From Patescibacteria group bacterium (GTDB lineage: Bacteria; Patescibacteriota; Microgenomatia; Levybacterales; UBA12049), in NCBI GenBank assembly GCA_035946335.1, contig DASYZL010000001.1:1-62051 (forward strand): 62,051 nt of DNA, in the 5' to 3' direction. How positions within the stretch are numbered: position 1 is the stretch's first letter; each line of letters begins with the position of its first letter. Both the position numbers and the translations under genes were made by a program. This document shows, in pieces, positions 47,036 through 55,938 of the stretch. A model generated the notes under the pieces. The model had not been told where the DNA came from, ran no database searches, and worked only from the letters and a program-made list of their open reading frames with translations.

Positions 47036-50000
47036 TCAAGTTCTTCTAGTTCTAAGTAATCTATCTTCTTCTTCTATTTTTGCTCTGAGTTTTTTTTGTC
47101 TTTCTTCTTCGGATTCTACAAGAAGATCAACTACCTGTATTGTCAAATTATCACCTGCTAAATTTCTGGATCTATAATTATTATTAAAATAGTCATATTC
47201 ATCTATCGCTCTTTGATATAAAAATCTAGCAGCATCTCGAGGATCTTTTATATTTGAAATAATATTGGCTACATATTGATTTACTTCATCATGGGAAACA
47301 GTATACCGTCTAGACAACAAAGGTATTAGATTTCTTAAAGCCTTTTTGCGCAATAATTCACGTTTCATTGTATTCCATAATCCATCAGAGGCTATTATCA
47401 ATCGTTTATGTTGTGGCTGTAAAATAATATATCTAACATCGGGCACTACCGAGCTACCAGGAAAGGTCATGCGGTCTCCAAAAGCCCTTGCTACATTTAC
47501 ACCAGCACTTCTATCTTGATACGCAAGCCTTTTTCCTCTGCTAGTATCTTCAGAAACATATTCTTTAAGTTTTCGATCCCTTTTCATCTCGCTTTCTACA
47601 TCGTGATCTACTGTGAGTTGCACCGCCCTGTTATTGCCATCAACTAATATCGCACGAGAATCACCTACATTGCCTGTAAAAAGATTATTTCCTTGAATTA
47701 ATACTGCAACTGCTGTTGCCCCATGAGGAATACTAAAGTCTTCCATTGCTTCTAACATATTTTCTGCATCTTCGAAGCTATTGTACATTGCCCTTCCCTC
47801 AGGTTCACCTTTTTTCAAATTATCGAGCAACATCTTTGGATGCAATAGAGTTAGATCCCTTGCTATAGTTATGCCTGCATTTTGATGACCTGAATGTGCA
47901 TCAACAGTTAAAAGATATACCGAATCTTTACGTCCTCCAAATTCTTCAATGTAAATCTGGTTATCTTCATTTCTTTCTCTAACGTACTCCTCAGTTCCTG
48001 GCTTCTTTGGTCCTTGACCATGGGCTATTCCTACTCCTGTTATAGGTAACTTCTCATAATGAATGCTTGCTTCAACTTTTATTTTTCCATCACTTCCAGC
48101 TGGATTAAAGACAGCATCTGGGTCTTCCACTTCAACTAATGCACTTCCATCCAAAATTGGGCTATCAGGTTTGGCACTTTTTTTATCATGTATCTCATCT
48201 ATTTTTCTTAAAAGTAATGGATTTGACTGAGAATCATCTGATAACTTGTTTTCTCTGTTTTTTAACCATTGAGCTAAAGTTTCTCTTTCCGATTCACTCT
48301 GAAGGAGTTCATCAAACAATTCGCGTACAACATCTTCATCCAAAATATTATTAAGCTGATGAATTCTATTATATTCTTCACTAAATGGACTTTCTTCATT
48401 AAAGGTAAGAAAATTAACTAAGTTTTCTCTTGTCGTATACGCTCCACCATTTCCGTGTATGTCGCTCGTGAGAAAGTTAATATCTTCTAGTATCTCCTTC
48501 CAAAATTCTCTATGTTGCTTTAATTTTGGATGAAAACCAAAAGTACCCGCAAGATCATCGATTGCTCTCCTTGATTCTCCTCGCTCTCTTACTCCATCAA
48601 TAACAGCTACTCCTCCTCTACCAATAAGCATAAGAGCCTCTTCCCCTCCATGCAGAGCCAATTCAAGTGCCGATTTGAATACATTTCTATTTGCTGACTG
48701 AGATCGTACTACTGCTGGTGTTACTGATGTGCTACTGCTTATTTTACCTTTCTTATCTTCTTCATCTTCACTAGATGTCGGAGGATTAACTGTGGCATCA
48801 ATGGAAGGATTGTTGCTGCCCCCGCTAACTGGTTGATTACCAATACGTATGCGTTTTATTCTATTTTTTTCATAAAAATGATATCCAACCCACGTTACTG
48901 TAATCAATGCAAGAGTACCAAGTGCTATACCCACACCGAGCAAGCCTCCATTTTTGCATTCTCCAGCGATTGTACTGCCACAGTCACCATCTGACGGTAG
49001 TGGATTAGTAGGCGGTGTTCCACTATGTTTTGTGGTACTCGTCTGCGTTAGTGTAGGATTTGGCTTCGCAGTGTTGGTTGGAACAGGCGTAGAATTTTCC
49101 GTAGAAGATGGAGTCGGACTGGGATTTGGAGTAGGCGTTTGGGTACCAGTAGGATGAGTTATTACTCCAGAGGTGTTGTTGGCAGTATCAACAGTAACCT
49201 GAGATAAATGATTTCCAACTTCGCCGTGTGCTGATAATCCTGAAATGTGATCTATTAACTCCATGCTTTGAATAGTTCCGTCCCGGTTATAGACTATATG
49301 CACATTTTCCCCATCCAGATATAACTCGTGTTGGTCTGTCATTTCGCTCGCTCTTCCAAAAGCAGATTTGGTTACATCAAGCGTTTTATGGTCATTACTA
49401 CCAAGAATTAACTGTGCCAATTCTTTTTGTGACATTTTTGCAGACTTACCATTTTCAATTACTGTAACTAATTCGTTTGAATTTGGATTGAACTGTTCAT
49501 TATTTCCCTCAACAACTATTGCTTTCTGATATCCTTTGGTATGATCATAATATATCCATGCATTTCCTTTCGTGTTTTCTCCCCAGTCATGGTATCCCTG
49601 GGTTTGAGACCAGTTGTCACGTCCTGTTTGCCAATCAGCTTGATTTTGATCTACTGTGATTTGCGTGTGACTGAGATCAGTTTCAACTTTTTTCAATACA
49701 CTGGTATAATCAACTGGCTGCGCAGTCAGTTGCTCAGCATGTAATTCTGTTGCAGATACTGCATCATGTGTAGCTAGTGATGTGATATGTTCAGCGTGAT
49801 CAACCGCAAGAGAAGCAGCATGAACAGTTTGCGACAATAGTTCAGCGGCTGTTGCGGTAGCTGCAATTAATCCACTTGCAGATAGCACACCCCGAACAAT
49901 TGTCCTGTTTCTTGCAAATCGTGCTTGCCATTTTGCGTCTTCCCGGGCTCGATCATCAAGTTGTTGCGATACTTCCAGAGCAATTTGATTCAGCGTCGCT

Positions 50001-50929
50001 TGATTAACATCTCCAATTTCTTGTGCAAGCTGTTTTCTTTTTTCCACTAATTCAGGGAGCATAGATTCATCACGGTAATATCCTCTTTGTATCCGCTGAT
50101 CTATTTCTTCATAAAGACGGATACGTTGCGAGTCAGATCCTTCTAGAAGTAATTGATTGCTTGCTTCAATATCTTCCTGGACATCTTTTAGTCTTTTGTG
50201 TCCTTTCGCTCCGGCAGTTGCAACCGCTGCTTCTTGGCTTAACGGAGAAGCAAGAGCGCCAACATAGGAAAAACCTTTTTGTATTACTTCCTTTACGTTT
50301 CTTGGCTTATATGCGTTCACTGCCGCTACATTTGCTTTAATTCGCTGTAACCAATGCATATACTTTTCTCCTCTTCCCGTTGCCTGCAATTGTAGCCGTG
50401 CAATCTCAACAGCTTCCTCAGCTTTCCTATGCGCTTCATGCATATCTCCTATAGATTTTGCGGCTCTGTGCGCTACGACCAATCCCGCACCAATCGGAGG
50501 CGCTACTATTCCTGCTGCAGTCAACGCTCCCGCGATTGCGTAGGTCGCGAACTGTTCACGTTTTCTGAATGTGTTTGCGACAGCATTAGCAAGATCTCTT
50601 GCATTATTTCTATCTGCTACCTGTAGCGTACTATTTTGCTGTAACGCTGCATAATTTGTTCTCTCAGCAGTCTGCATTACTAAAGCTGCATCAGCAACTA
50701 TTGGAGATTGGGCAAACTGTTGTCGCTGCTCTCTCCTGAGTTCCGCCACTACATCTCCTCTGATAAATGGTGTTAAATCATAGGTAAACGGCCGTTCATA
50801 CCAATGAAGCTCTTTCACCCTCGAAGCAACGATGTCTTCAACTTTAGCGCCAAACTGAGCTTCTGACTGCAAATAATCAGCTTGGGCAGGAGAAACTACT
50901 GGTTTAGATTGTAATTCGATTTGTGACAT
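47036..50929 (-). CDS. large receptor-like PP2C (PPM-family) Ser/Thr phosphatase
   Basis: The C-terminal domain carries the full ordered PPM motif set: 'RERNED', 'LTVDAHSGH', 'HGATAVAVLI', 'NVGDSRAIL', 'LTVDHD', 'ARAFGD', 'IIASDGLWN', 'AGDNLTIQVV'. A TM helix 'LLGVGIALGTLALITVTWVGY' is followed by 'KNRIKRIR', and a Pro/Thr-rich linker precedes it. Confidence 0.85.
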   Translation of the reverse strand: MSQIELQSKPVVSPAQADYLQSEAQFGAKVEDIVASRVKELHWYERPFTYDLTPFIRGDVVAELRREQRQQFAQSPIVADAALVMQTAERTNYAALQQNSTLQVADRNNARDLANAVANTFRKREQFATYAIAGALTAAGIVAPPIGAGLVVAHRAAKSIGDMHEAHRKAEEAVEIARLQLQATGRGEKYMHWLQRIKANVAAVNAYKPRNVKEVIQKGFSYVGALASPLSQEAAVATAGAKGHKRLKDVQEDIEASNQLLLEGSDSQRIRLYEEIDQRIQRGYYRDESMLPELVEKRKQLAQEIGDVNQATLNQIALEVSQQLDDRAREDAKWQARFARNRTIVRGVLSASGLIAATATAAELLSQTVHAASLAVDHAEHITSLATHDAVSATELHAEQLTAQPVDYTSVLKKVETDLSHTQITVDQNQADWQTGRDNWSQTQGYHDWGENTKGNAWIYYDHTKGYQKAIVVEGNNEQFNPNSNELVTVIENGKSAKMSQKELAQLILGSNDHKTLDVTKSAFGRASEMTDQHELYLDGENVHIVYNRDGTIQSMELIDHISGLSAHGEVGNHLSQVTVDTANNTSGVITHPTGTQTPTPNPSPTPSSTENSTPVPTNTAKPNPTLTQTSTTKHSGTPPTNPLPSDGDCGSTIAGECKNGGLLGVGIALGTLALITVTWVGYHFYEKNRIKRIRIGNQPVSGGSNNPSIDATVNPPTSSEDEEDKKGKISSSTSVTPAVVRSQSANRNVFKSALELALHGGEEALMLIGRGGVAVIDGVRERGESRRAIDDLAGTFGFHPKLKQHREFWKEILEDINFLTSDIHGNGGAYTTRENLVNFLTFNEESPFSEEYNRIHQLNNILDEDVVRELFDELLQSESERETLAQWLKNRENKLSDDSQSNPLLLRKIDEIHDKKSAKPDSPILDGSALVEVEDPDAVFNPAGSDGKIKVEASIHYEKLPITGVGIAHGQGPKKPGTEEYVRERNEDNQIYIEEFGGRKDSVYLLTVDAHSGHQNAGITIARDLTLLHPKMLLDNLKKGEPEGRAMYNSFEDAENMLEAMEDFSIPHGATAVAVLIQGNNLFTGNVGDSRAILVDGNNRAVQLTVDHDVESEMKRDRKLKEYVSEDTSRGKRLAYQDRSAGVNVARAFGDRMTFPGSSVVPDVRYIILQPQHKRLIIASDGLWNTMKRELLRKKALRNLIPLLSRRYTVSHDEVNQYVANIISNIKDPRDAARFLYQRAIDEYDYFNNNYRSRNLAGDNLTIQVVDLLVESEEERQKKLRAKIEEEDRLLRTRRT

Positions 50930-50949
50930 AGTCTTTATTTAGTTTCCAT

Positions 50950-51276
50950 TCAGCCTTGTAAATAGTTTTTTCTGAAATCTGAAAACGCGACAATATATAC
51001 TTCCTGTATATTTGGCACATTCGATTTGAGAAACGTATCAACCTGTTCTTTCGATGGAGACTGCTGCATGAAAGTGCAAAATTCGCCAAGCTTATCAACC
51101 GGCACATAATCAACAACACGCTCAATAAGAAAATCATCGAACTTGATAAATAACTCCAGAATTATATCTTCTTTGGTAGCATCATAAACAGTAGTTATGC
51201 CGGATTGAACGAGAATATCTTCCAGATATGAACGAACTTCTTTCGATATGGCGGCTGTTTTTTGTCCTGTTTTCAT
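50950..51276 (-). CDS. hypothetical small acidic protein
   Basis: 108-aa ORF that is the first gene of the signalling operon, ending 20 nt upstream of the PP2C gene start. It looks helical and has no recognisable motif. Confidence 0.5.
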   Translation of the reverse strand: MKTGQKTAAISKEVRSYLEDILVQSGITTVYDATKEDIILELFIKFDDFLIERVVDYVPVDKLGEFCTFMQQSPSKEQVDTFLKSNVPNIQEVYIVAFSDFRKNYLQG

Positions 51277-51416
51277 GGAATGTTGTAATGCTAAAAACGA
51301 ATTACTATTATAGGACGCTGAGGTTGTAAAGTCAATGTAATATACGAAAAATGTGTCTCATTACCGCATTCTTTAAAATAGCCTCGGACGCCTATTGACT
51401 GCATTGGACGGCCAAG

Positions 51417-51540
51417 CAAAATTAGTCTACCACTTTCTTATAATAATGCAAGTCTTATGCCAAGCAAGCTATATTTACCTCTTTTACCATTATTTTTAGT
51501 TTTCATTTAATGGAAGGGATAAATTCTCCAAAATTAGTCT
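51417..51540. repeat. 12-nt direct repeat CAAAATTAGTCT (copies at 51417..51428 and 51529..51540)
   Basis: Both copies were read directly from the sequence. They belong to a cluster of short repeats in the same intergenic region, which also includes ATAGCCTCG at 51379..51387 and 51669..51677. Confidence 0.35.
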
Positions 51541-51564
51541 CAAAATAAGTATTTTCCAGTGGTC

Positions 51565-51579
51565 ATTGTCTGAGACAAT
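51565..51579. promoter_or_regulatory. perfect 7-1-7 palindrome ATTGTCT-G-AGACAAT (operator-like)
   Basis: Read directly from the sequence. It lies in the 505-bp non-coding gap between the divergent genes 50950..51276 and 51782..52600. Confidence 0.4.
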
Positions 51580-51633
51580 TTTCCAGCCTTCCCTCCTTTT
51601 GAGGCGAAGCACCTGGAAATTTTTCACTTTTTC

Positions 51634-51653
51634 TGTCTCATACATCTGAGACA
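51634..51653. promoter_or_regulatory. inverted repeat TGTCTCA-6 nt-TGAGACA (same half-site as the 51565 palindrome)
   Basis: Read directly from the sequence. The half-site TGTCT(C/G)A recurs at 51354..51360, 51536..51542 (AGTCTCA) and 51783..51788. Confidence 0.4.
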
Positions 51654-51781
51654 CTATTTTTAGCTATATAGCCTCGTTTTTACGGCAATATTTCGCTTTA
51701 GTCCTTGTAAAGAGTAGGAAGATAGGTGCTCGTGATTATGACTGATGTGATAAAATACTCTCTAATCCCTACCCTTATGCA

Positions 51782-52600
51782 ATGTCTCTACCGCATATTA
51801 CTAAAAAACAATTCGAAATACTTACGCTTATCTATTCCTACAGATTCATTAACCGCATACACATACAAACCATCCTTAACCACAAAAACCACCGACGGAT
51901 ACATGCATGGCTCAATGACTTAGGAGAAAAGGAATGTATCGGAAGAATTTACTCAAAGAAAATGCCGGAGAACACCAAACCCGCAGTGTATTTTCTTGGG
52001 AAATATGGCCGCAAAATCCTGCAGAAACATTTTAGTGAACTAAAGAATAAAGAGGGGAAAAACAAACCGGACAAAATAGCATTGTATCAACTCACCAAAA
52101 CATACAAAGATAATCAGAGAACTGAAGTTTTCCGCCTCAGTTGTCTTGCGCTTGTCGATATATCCATCACAACCACAGCGTATGGCATCAGAGAAAGAGT
52201 GCATATTGCATTCCGATCACTCACTGAATGTGCCAAAACCCAGTTGATTGAAAAATTTGATTCATATGTACGAGTACAGAAGAAAAACGGAAAGAAGAAA
52301 CGCTACGCTTTTTTATATATTTCAAATAGAACACCCCGCAGGTTTATTCGCTACCGCATCGCTGAAATTATTAAGTTGCTTGATCGCGAATGGGACTCTG
52401 AAACAGATATTCCCCGACCGGTAGTTTTGTGCATCTGTTCCAATTTTTCTATCCGTAATTACGCCTGTAAAATCTATGAAACAAAAATGAAATACTATAA
52501 GAGAACTGACAAGCAGGTTACCTTCCGACTAACTACCCTTCATGAATATAAAACACAAGGGTTAGGCGGTAGTTACTGGTTGCTACCAAAGACTCCATAA
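51782..52600 (+). CDS. replication-relaxation (Replic_Relax)-like protein
   Basis: The N-terminal 'ITKKQFEILTLIYSYRFINRIHIQTIL...RRIHAWLNDLGEKECIGRIY...KPAVYFLGKYGRKIL' has the winged-helix layout of replication-relaxation family proteins from plasmids and integrated elements. It is one of only three plus-strand genes. Confidence 0.45.
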   Translation: MSLPHITKKQFEILTLIYSYRFINRIHIQTILNHKNHRRIHAWLNDLGEKECIGRIYSKKMPENTKPAVYFLGKYGRKILQKHFSELKNKEGKNKPDKIALYQLTKTYKDNQRTEVFRLSCLALVDISITTTAYGIRERVHIAFRSLTECAKTQLIEKFDSYVRVQKKNGKKKRYAFLYISNRTPRRFIRYRIAEIIKLLDREWDSETDIPRPVVLCICSNFSIRNYACKIYETKMKYYKRTDKQVTFRLTTLHEYKTQGLGGSYWLLPKTP

Positions 52601-52656
52601 GCGTTATAATGCTTTTTAGCTTCCTAAAAATCAAAATAAGCATGCGATCCTTTTTT

Positions 52657-53571
52657 CTACTGCAGGTATGTCCCTTTCCCGAATTTCCGTAAGTAAAAGT
52701 CCAGGATACCTTTCTGCTGCATCACCCTGCCATTGAATAATAATCTTATGCTTTCCCGAAGCAGTGAGAGTTTCGTCCGAAGCGGCGCATACGACATACC
52801 AAACAGCATCCGGTTACGGGTGAGGAAATAATCTTGGAGCTTGTTCCCTGAACCTCCCGATGAAGCTGCATTAATGTGCCACATGACTGCTTTTGGCGCA
52901 TACATCATACTGTATCCTGCTCTTTGTACTCGCTCACACAAATCAGCATCTTCATAATAGAGAAAATACCGTTCGTCAAATAGTCCCACTTTTTTCAGAA
53001 CTTCTTTTTTGATTAGCATGCAGCAGCCGCTTGCGAAACTGACTTTCTGAATTGTGTCATATTGTCCATAGTCAACTTCATCAACACCTCTATGCACACT
53101 CATCACATTCGCCCAGTCGGTGTGACCACCAGCGTACCAGAACACTTTTCCTGTTTCCTCTTTAGCGTACCGCTCTTTATGAAACTCATGGCCTTTTGCG
53201 AAATATATTTTTGGCGCTGCTATCCCTATTTTTTCATCCGAGTCCAAAACGCTGAGCAACTCTTTCAGCAAGTTTTTCTCCACAATCGTATCGTTATTAA
53301 TAACCATCACGAAATCAGCGCCGTTTTTCAGACTATAACGGATGCCAATATTATTCCCTCCGGCAAAACCGGTATTTGTGCCACTTCTAATAAGATGCGT
53401 CTTGTCATCCTGCTCATTCTTAGAAAGAACAAAAGGAATTTTTGAGGCATTGTCGACAATAACAAACTGCACGTCAAATCCTGCCTTATCCATTTTTTTG
53501 ACTGAATGAAGCCAGTCATGGGTTTCTTTGTCTGTGTTGTACTGCAGGGTAACCAGAAAGATTTTTTTCAT
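52657..53571 (-). CDS. GT2 glycosyltransferase (rhamnosyltransferase-like)
   Basis: 'FVIVDNASK...NTGFAGGNNIGIRY...VMVINNDT...YYEDADLCERVQRAGY'. Confidence 0.8.
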   Translation of the reverse strand: MKKIFLVTLQYNTDKETHDWLHSVKKMDKAGFDVQFVIVDNASKIPFVLSKNEQDDKTHLIRSGTNTGFAGGNNIGIRYSLKNGADFVMVINNDTIVEKNLLKELLSVLDSDEKIGIAAPKIYFAKGHEFHKERYAKEETGKVFWYAGGHTDWANVMSVHRGVDEVDYGQYDTIQKVSFASGCCMLIKKEVLKKVGLFDERYFLYYEDADLCERVQRAGYSMMYAPKAVMWHINAASSGGSGNKLQDYFLTRNRMLFGMSYAPLRTKLSLLRESIRLLFNGRVMQQKGILDFYLRKFGKGTYLQ

Positions 53572-54476
53572 AGCATCTTTCTTCGTATTTTCATTCCTAA
53601 TTTTTTCAGGGGACTTTTTGTTTTTTCAAGAAGTGATGTCAGGTACCAGTAACGTAACTCTTTGTGGATTTTTGTCATTTCTTTTCCCAGTTGCTGATAT
53701 GCTTTTTCTTCTTGTATCTCCTGAAACCCTTCTTCCTGCCAGGCGTTTAGGACAACAAGGAGATAATAAAATGCCATCAGAAGCGATAGAGCAAATCCAT
53801 GGAGTCCGTCTTTATATCCCTCCTGGGCAAAGAACCGTTTCATAAACTCTTTGGAAGGCAACGTTACCACATCTAAATAAGAAACCCTATATCCTTTATC
53901 TCTCAGGTTTTTTGCCTCATTTGGCGTATAAATCGTACTCATCTTTGCAACAAACTGCTGAATTGTCTCATAATTAAGATGCAGCATGGGGTTTGTGAGT
54001 TGCGCTGTTTCTCCTGCGACCACAATCATTTCGTGCACATGCTTTTGGGGAAATTTCCCTTTTCCTTTTTGAAATAACCGCAACTGATGATCCGGATACC
54101 ATCCCGTATGTTCTATCCATTTCCCAAACACAATATTTTTCCGTGGAATCCAGTAGCCAACAACGCTGCCTTCGCGTTCAATAACTTCCTGTATTTCTTT
54201 TTCCAGTCCCGGTGTGACCCGTTCATCTGCGTCAAGACACAGAATCCATTCACCTGTTGCTTTAGAAAACCCGTAATTTTTATTAACGTTGAGCATCAGG
54301 TTATTTTTACGGGTAAAAACATGAGAGGTAAATTCCTTGGCTATTGTTGCTGTCTTGTCAGAAGACTCGTTGTCAACAATAATAATTTCATCAGCGAGGT
54401 TTTTCACACTGGCTAAACAATCATGCAGTTTCTTTTCTTCGTTATATGCGGAAACAACGACAGAAAGTTTTTTCAT
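53568..54476 (-). CDS. GT2 glycosyltransferase
   Basis: 'LSVVVSAYNEEKKLHDCLASVKNLADEIIIVDNESSDKT...LCLDADERVTP'. It is a paralogue of 15176 and 41502. Confidence 0.8.
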   Translation of the reverse strand: MKKLSVVVSAYNEEKKLHDCLASVKNLADEIIIVDNESSDKTATIAKEFTSHVFTRKNNLMLNVNKNYGFSKATGEWILCLDADERVTPGLEKEIQEVIEREGSVVGYWIPRKNIVFGKWIEHTGWYPDHQLRLFQKGKGKFPQKHVHEMIVVAGETAQLTNPMLHLNYETIQQFVAKMSTIYTPNEAKNLRDKGYRVSYLDVVTLPSKEFMKRFFAQEGYKDGLHGFALSLLMAFYYLLVVLNAWQEEGFQEIQEEKAYQQLGKEMTKIHKELRYWYLTSLLEKTKSPLKKLGMKIRRKML

Positions 54477-54478
54477 AA

Positions 54479-55936
54479 TTACCTAGCAAATTGACGTTTG
54501 ATTGTCTTAACGTCTTCTATCATCTCATCTTTACTTAAAAAATACAAAATACCAAAGTATATGAAAGCACCAAACACTATCGCAAGAAGTGTTGTCAGTA
54601 AATTAGTTACAAAATACTTTGCGGCAAAAAACAGGATAATTCCCATGACGCCTGTTGAAAATGCTGAGGGGAAAATAGGGAGAATAGAAAACGGAATATA
54701 CTTTTTGGTCAGCCAGACAACGTAGACAACGGAAAACGCAATCACCGCATTTGCCAGCGCAAAGCCGTTAAATCCAAATCGCCATATCGCAATGGGTGTT
54801 AATACCCATGTTGCGATAGTCCAGAATATCATTAGGTGAAGTGACACTTTTATCTTCCCGATTGCATTTAAGGCATTTGTGAGAGGCGTGGAAATAGCAG
54901 AAAATGCAGCATTTACGGCAAAAAGGGAAAGAGAAATAAGTGTCGGTTCCCATTTCAGATATCTTGGCGTAAACAAAAATGAGATAAAATACGGACCCAA
55001 AATGACTAAACCCATCAGGGAGGGGAAAATGATTGATACAAGCGCCACGAGTGATTTTTCAACGGCAATGGAAAGGTTTTTAGTATCATGCTGCAAACGG
55101 GCAAATGAAGGGAAGGTAATGCGGATAATATTGTCCATGATAAGGCGAAGCGGCGCAAATGCCCACTTTTGGGCGAACACAATGTAGCCAACCTGGGAAA
55201 ACGGTAAGACTTTTCCGATATACGCAAATAACAAATCATCCTTCAGAAGACCAAGAAAACTGTTCATCTGAAAGGGGATACCAAATGAAAGCAGTTTTCT
55301 CGCAACATCTTTTGAGAAACCAAAACGGGGTCGCCACGGAGAAATGATATAGATAGTAATAACACCCGCAATACCCCTGGCGAGAACACCATAGGTAAAA
55401 CTACTAATACCAAATCCTTTCACAGCGAGAACGAGAACAACGGTATCAAAAACCAGTATTTCAACGATTTCAGGAATCACAAGCTTTTCAAATCGCAAAT
55501 ACCGCTCTAAAAGAATAGAGGGAATTGTTTTTAACGATGAAAGGAAAAATGACACAACAAGTGCCTGAAAAAGCAAAATGCCTGAGGGAGGAAGGCGGTA
55601 GAAAGAACCAACCACAGGAGACAGCAAGAGCGCAATAACAGATACTGATATCACCAGTGTTTGCTGAAGGGTAAATGTCGTCGAAAGATCTTTTTCTGTT
55701 ATCTGGTCCTTCTTTTGAATCAACGCACCTGCGAGTCCTATGTCGGAAAAGTAATTGAGGAACGCAATGACTGCCAATACCACCCCATAGACACCAAACG
55801 TGGTAGGAGAAAACAGAATGGTAAGAAAAATATTGACGACGAAGTTAACAATTTGCACAAAGAATGTTCTACTTACCAAAGCAATAACGCCATGTATTGA
55901 ACGTTTTGTTACTGCTGCTATATCAAGTTCTTCCAT
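54479..55936 (-). CDS. polysaccharide flippase (MOP/Wzx-like)
   Basis: 485 aa with about 12-14 TM helices. The N-terminal 'AAVTKRSIHGVIALVSRTFFVQIVNFVVNIFLT' and 'DIGLAGALIQKK' are typical of the polysaccharide biosynthesis (Wzx) family. Confidence 0.7.
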   Translation of the reverse strand: MEELDIAAVTKRSIHGVIALVSRTFFVQIVNFVVNIFLTILFSPTTFGVYGVVLAVIAFLNYFSDIGLAGALIQKKDQITEKDLSTTFTLQQTLVISVSVIALLLSPVVGSFYRLPPSGILLFQALVVSFFLSSLKTIPSILLERYLRFEKLVIPEIVEILVFDTVVLVLAVKGFGISSFTYGVLARGIAGVITIYIISPWRPRFGFSKDVARKLLSFGIPFQMNSFLGLLKDDLLFAYIGKVLPFSQVGYIVFAQKWAFAPLRLIMDNIIRITFPSFARLQHDTKNLSIAVEKSLVALVSIIFPSLMGLVILGPYFISFLFTPRYLKWEPTLISLSLFAVNAAFSAISTPLTNALNAIGKIKVSLHLMIFWTIATWVLTPIAIWRFGFNGFALANAVIAFSVVYVVWLTKKYIPFSILPIFPSAFSTGVMGIILFFAAKYFVTNLLTTLLAIVFGAFIYFGILYFLSKDEMIEDVKTIKRQFAR

Positions 55937-55938
55937 AA

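Noticed and set aside
48954-49157. Plus-strand 67-aa ORF rich in Gly/Val ('GVGLGFGVGVWVPVG').
   Set aside because: It is the antisense reading of the Pro/Thr-rich linker of the PP2C gene (ACN and CCN codons read as NGT and NGG). It is an artefact of the low-complexity region.
51726-51923. 65-aa plus-strand ORF starting in the 505-bp gap and overlapping the start of 51782..52600.
   Set aside because: It is out of frame with, and mostly inside, the 272-aa gene, which has a recognisable winged-helix N-terminus. It has no independent support.
52601-52656. Possible bidirectional terminator between the convergent genes 51782..52600 and 52657..53571 (AAGC-N8-GCTT followed by TTTT).
   Set aside because: The stem is only 4 bp and AT-flanked, which is too weak to call a rho-independent terminator by eye.
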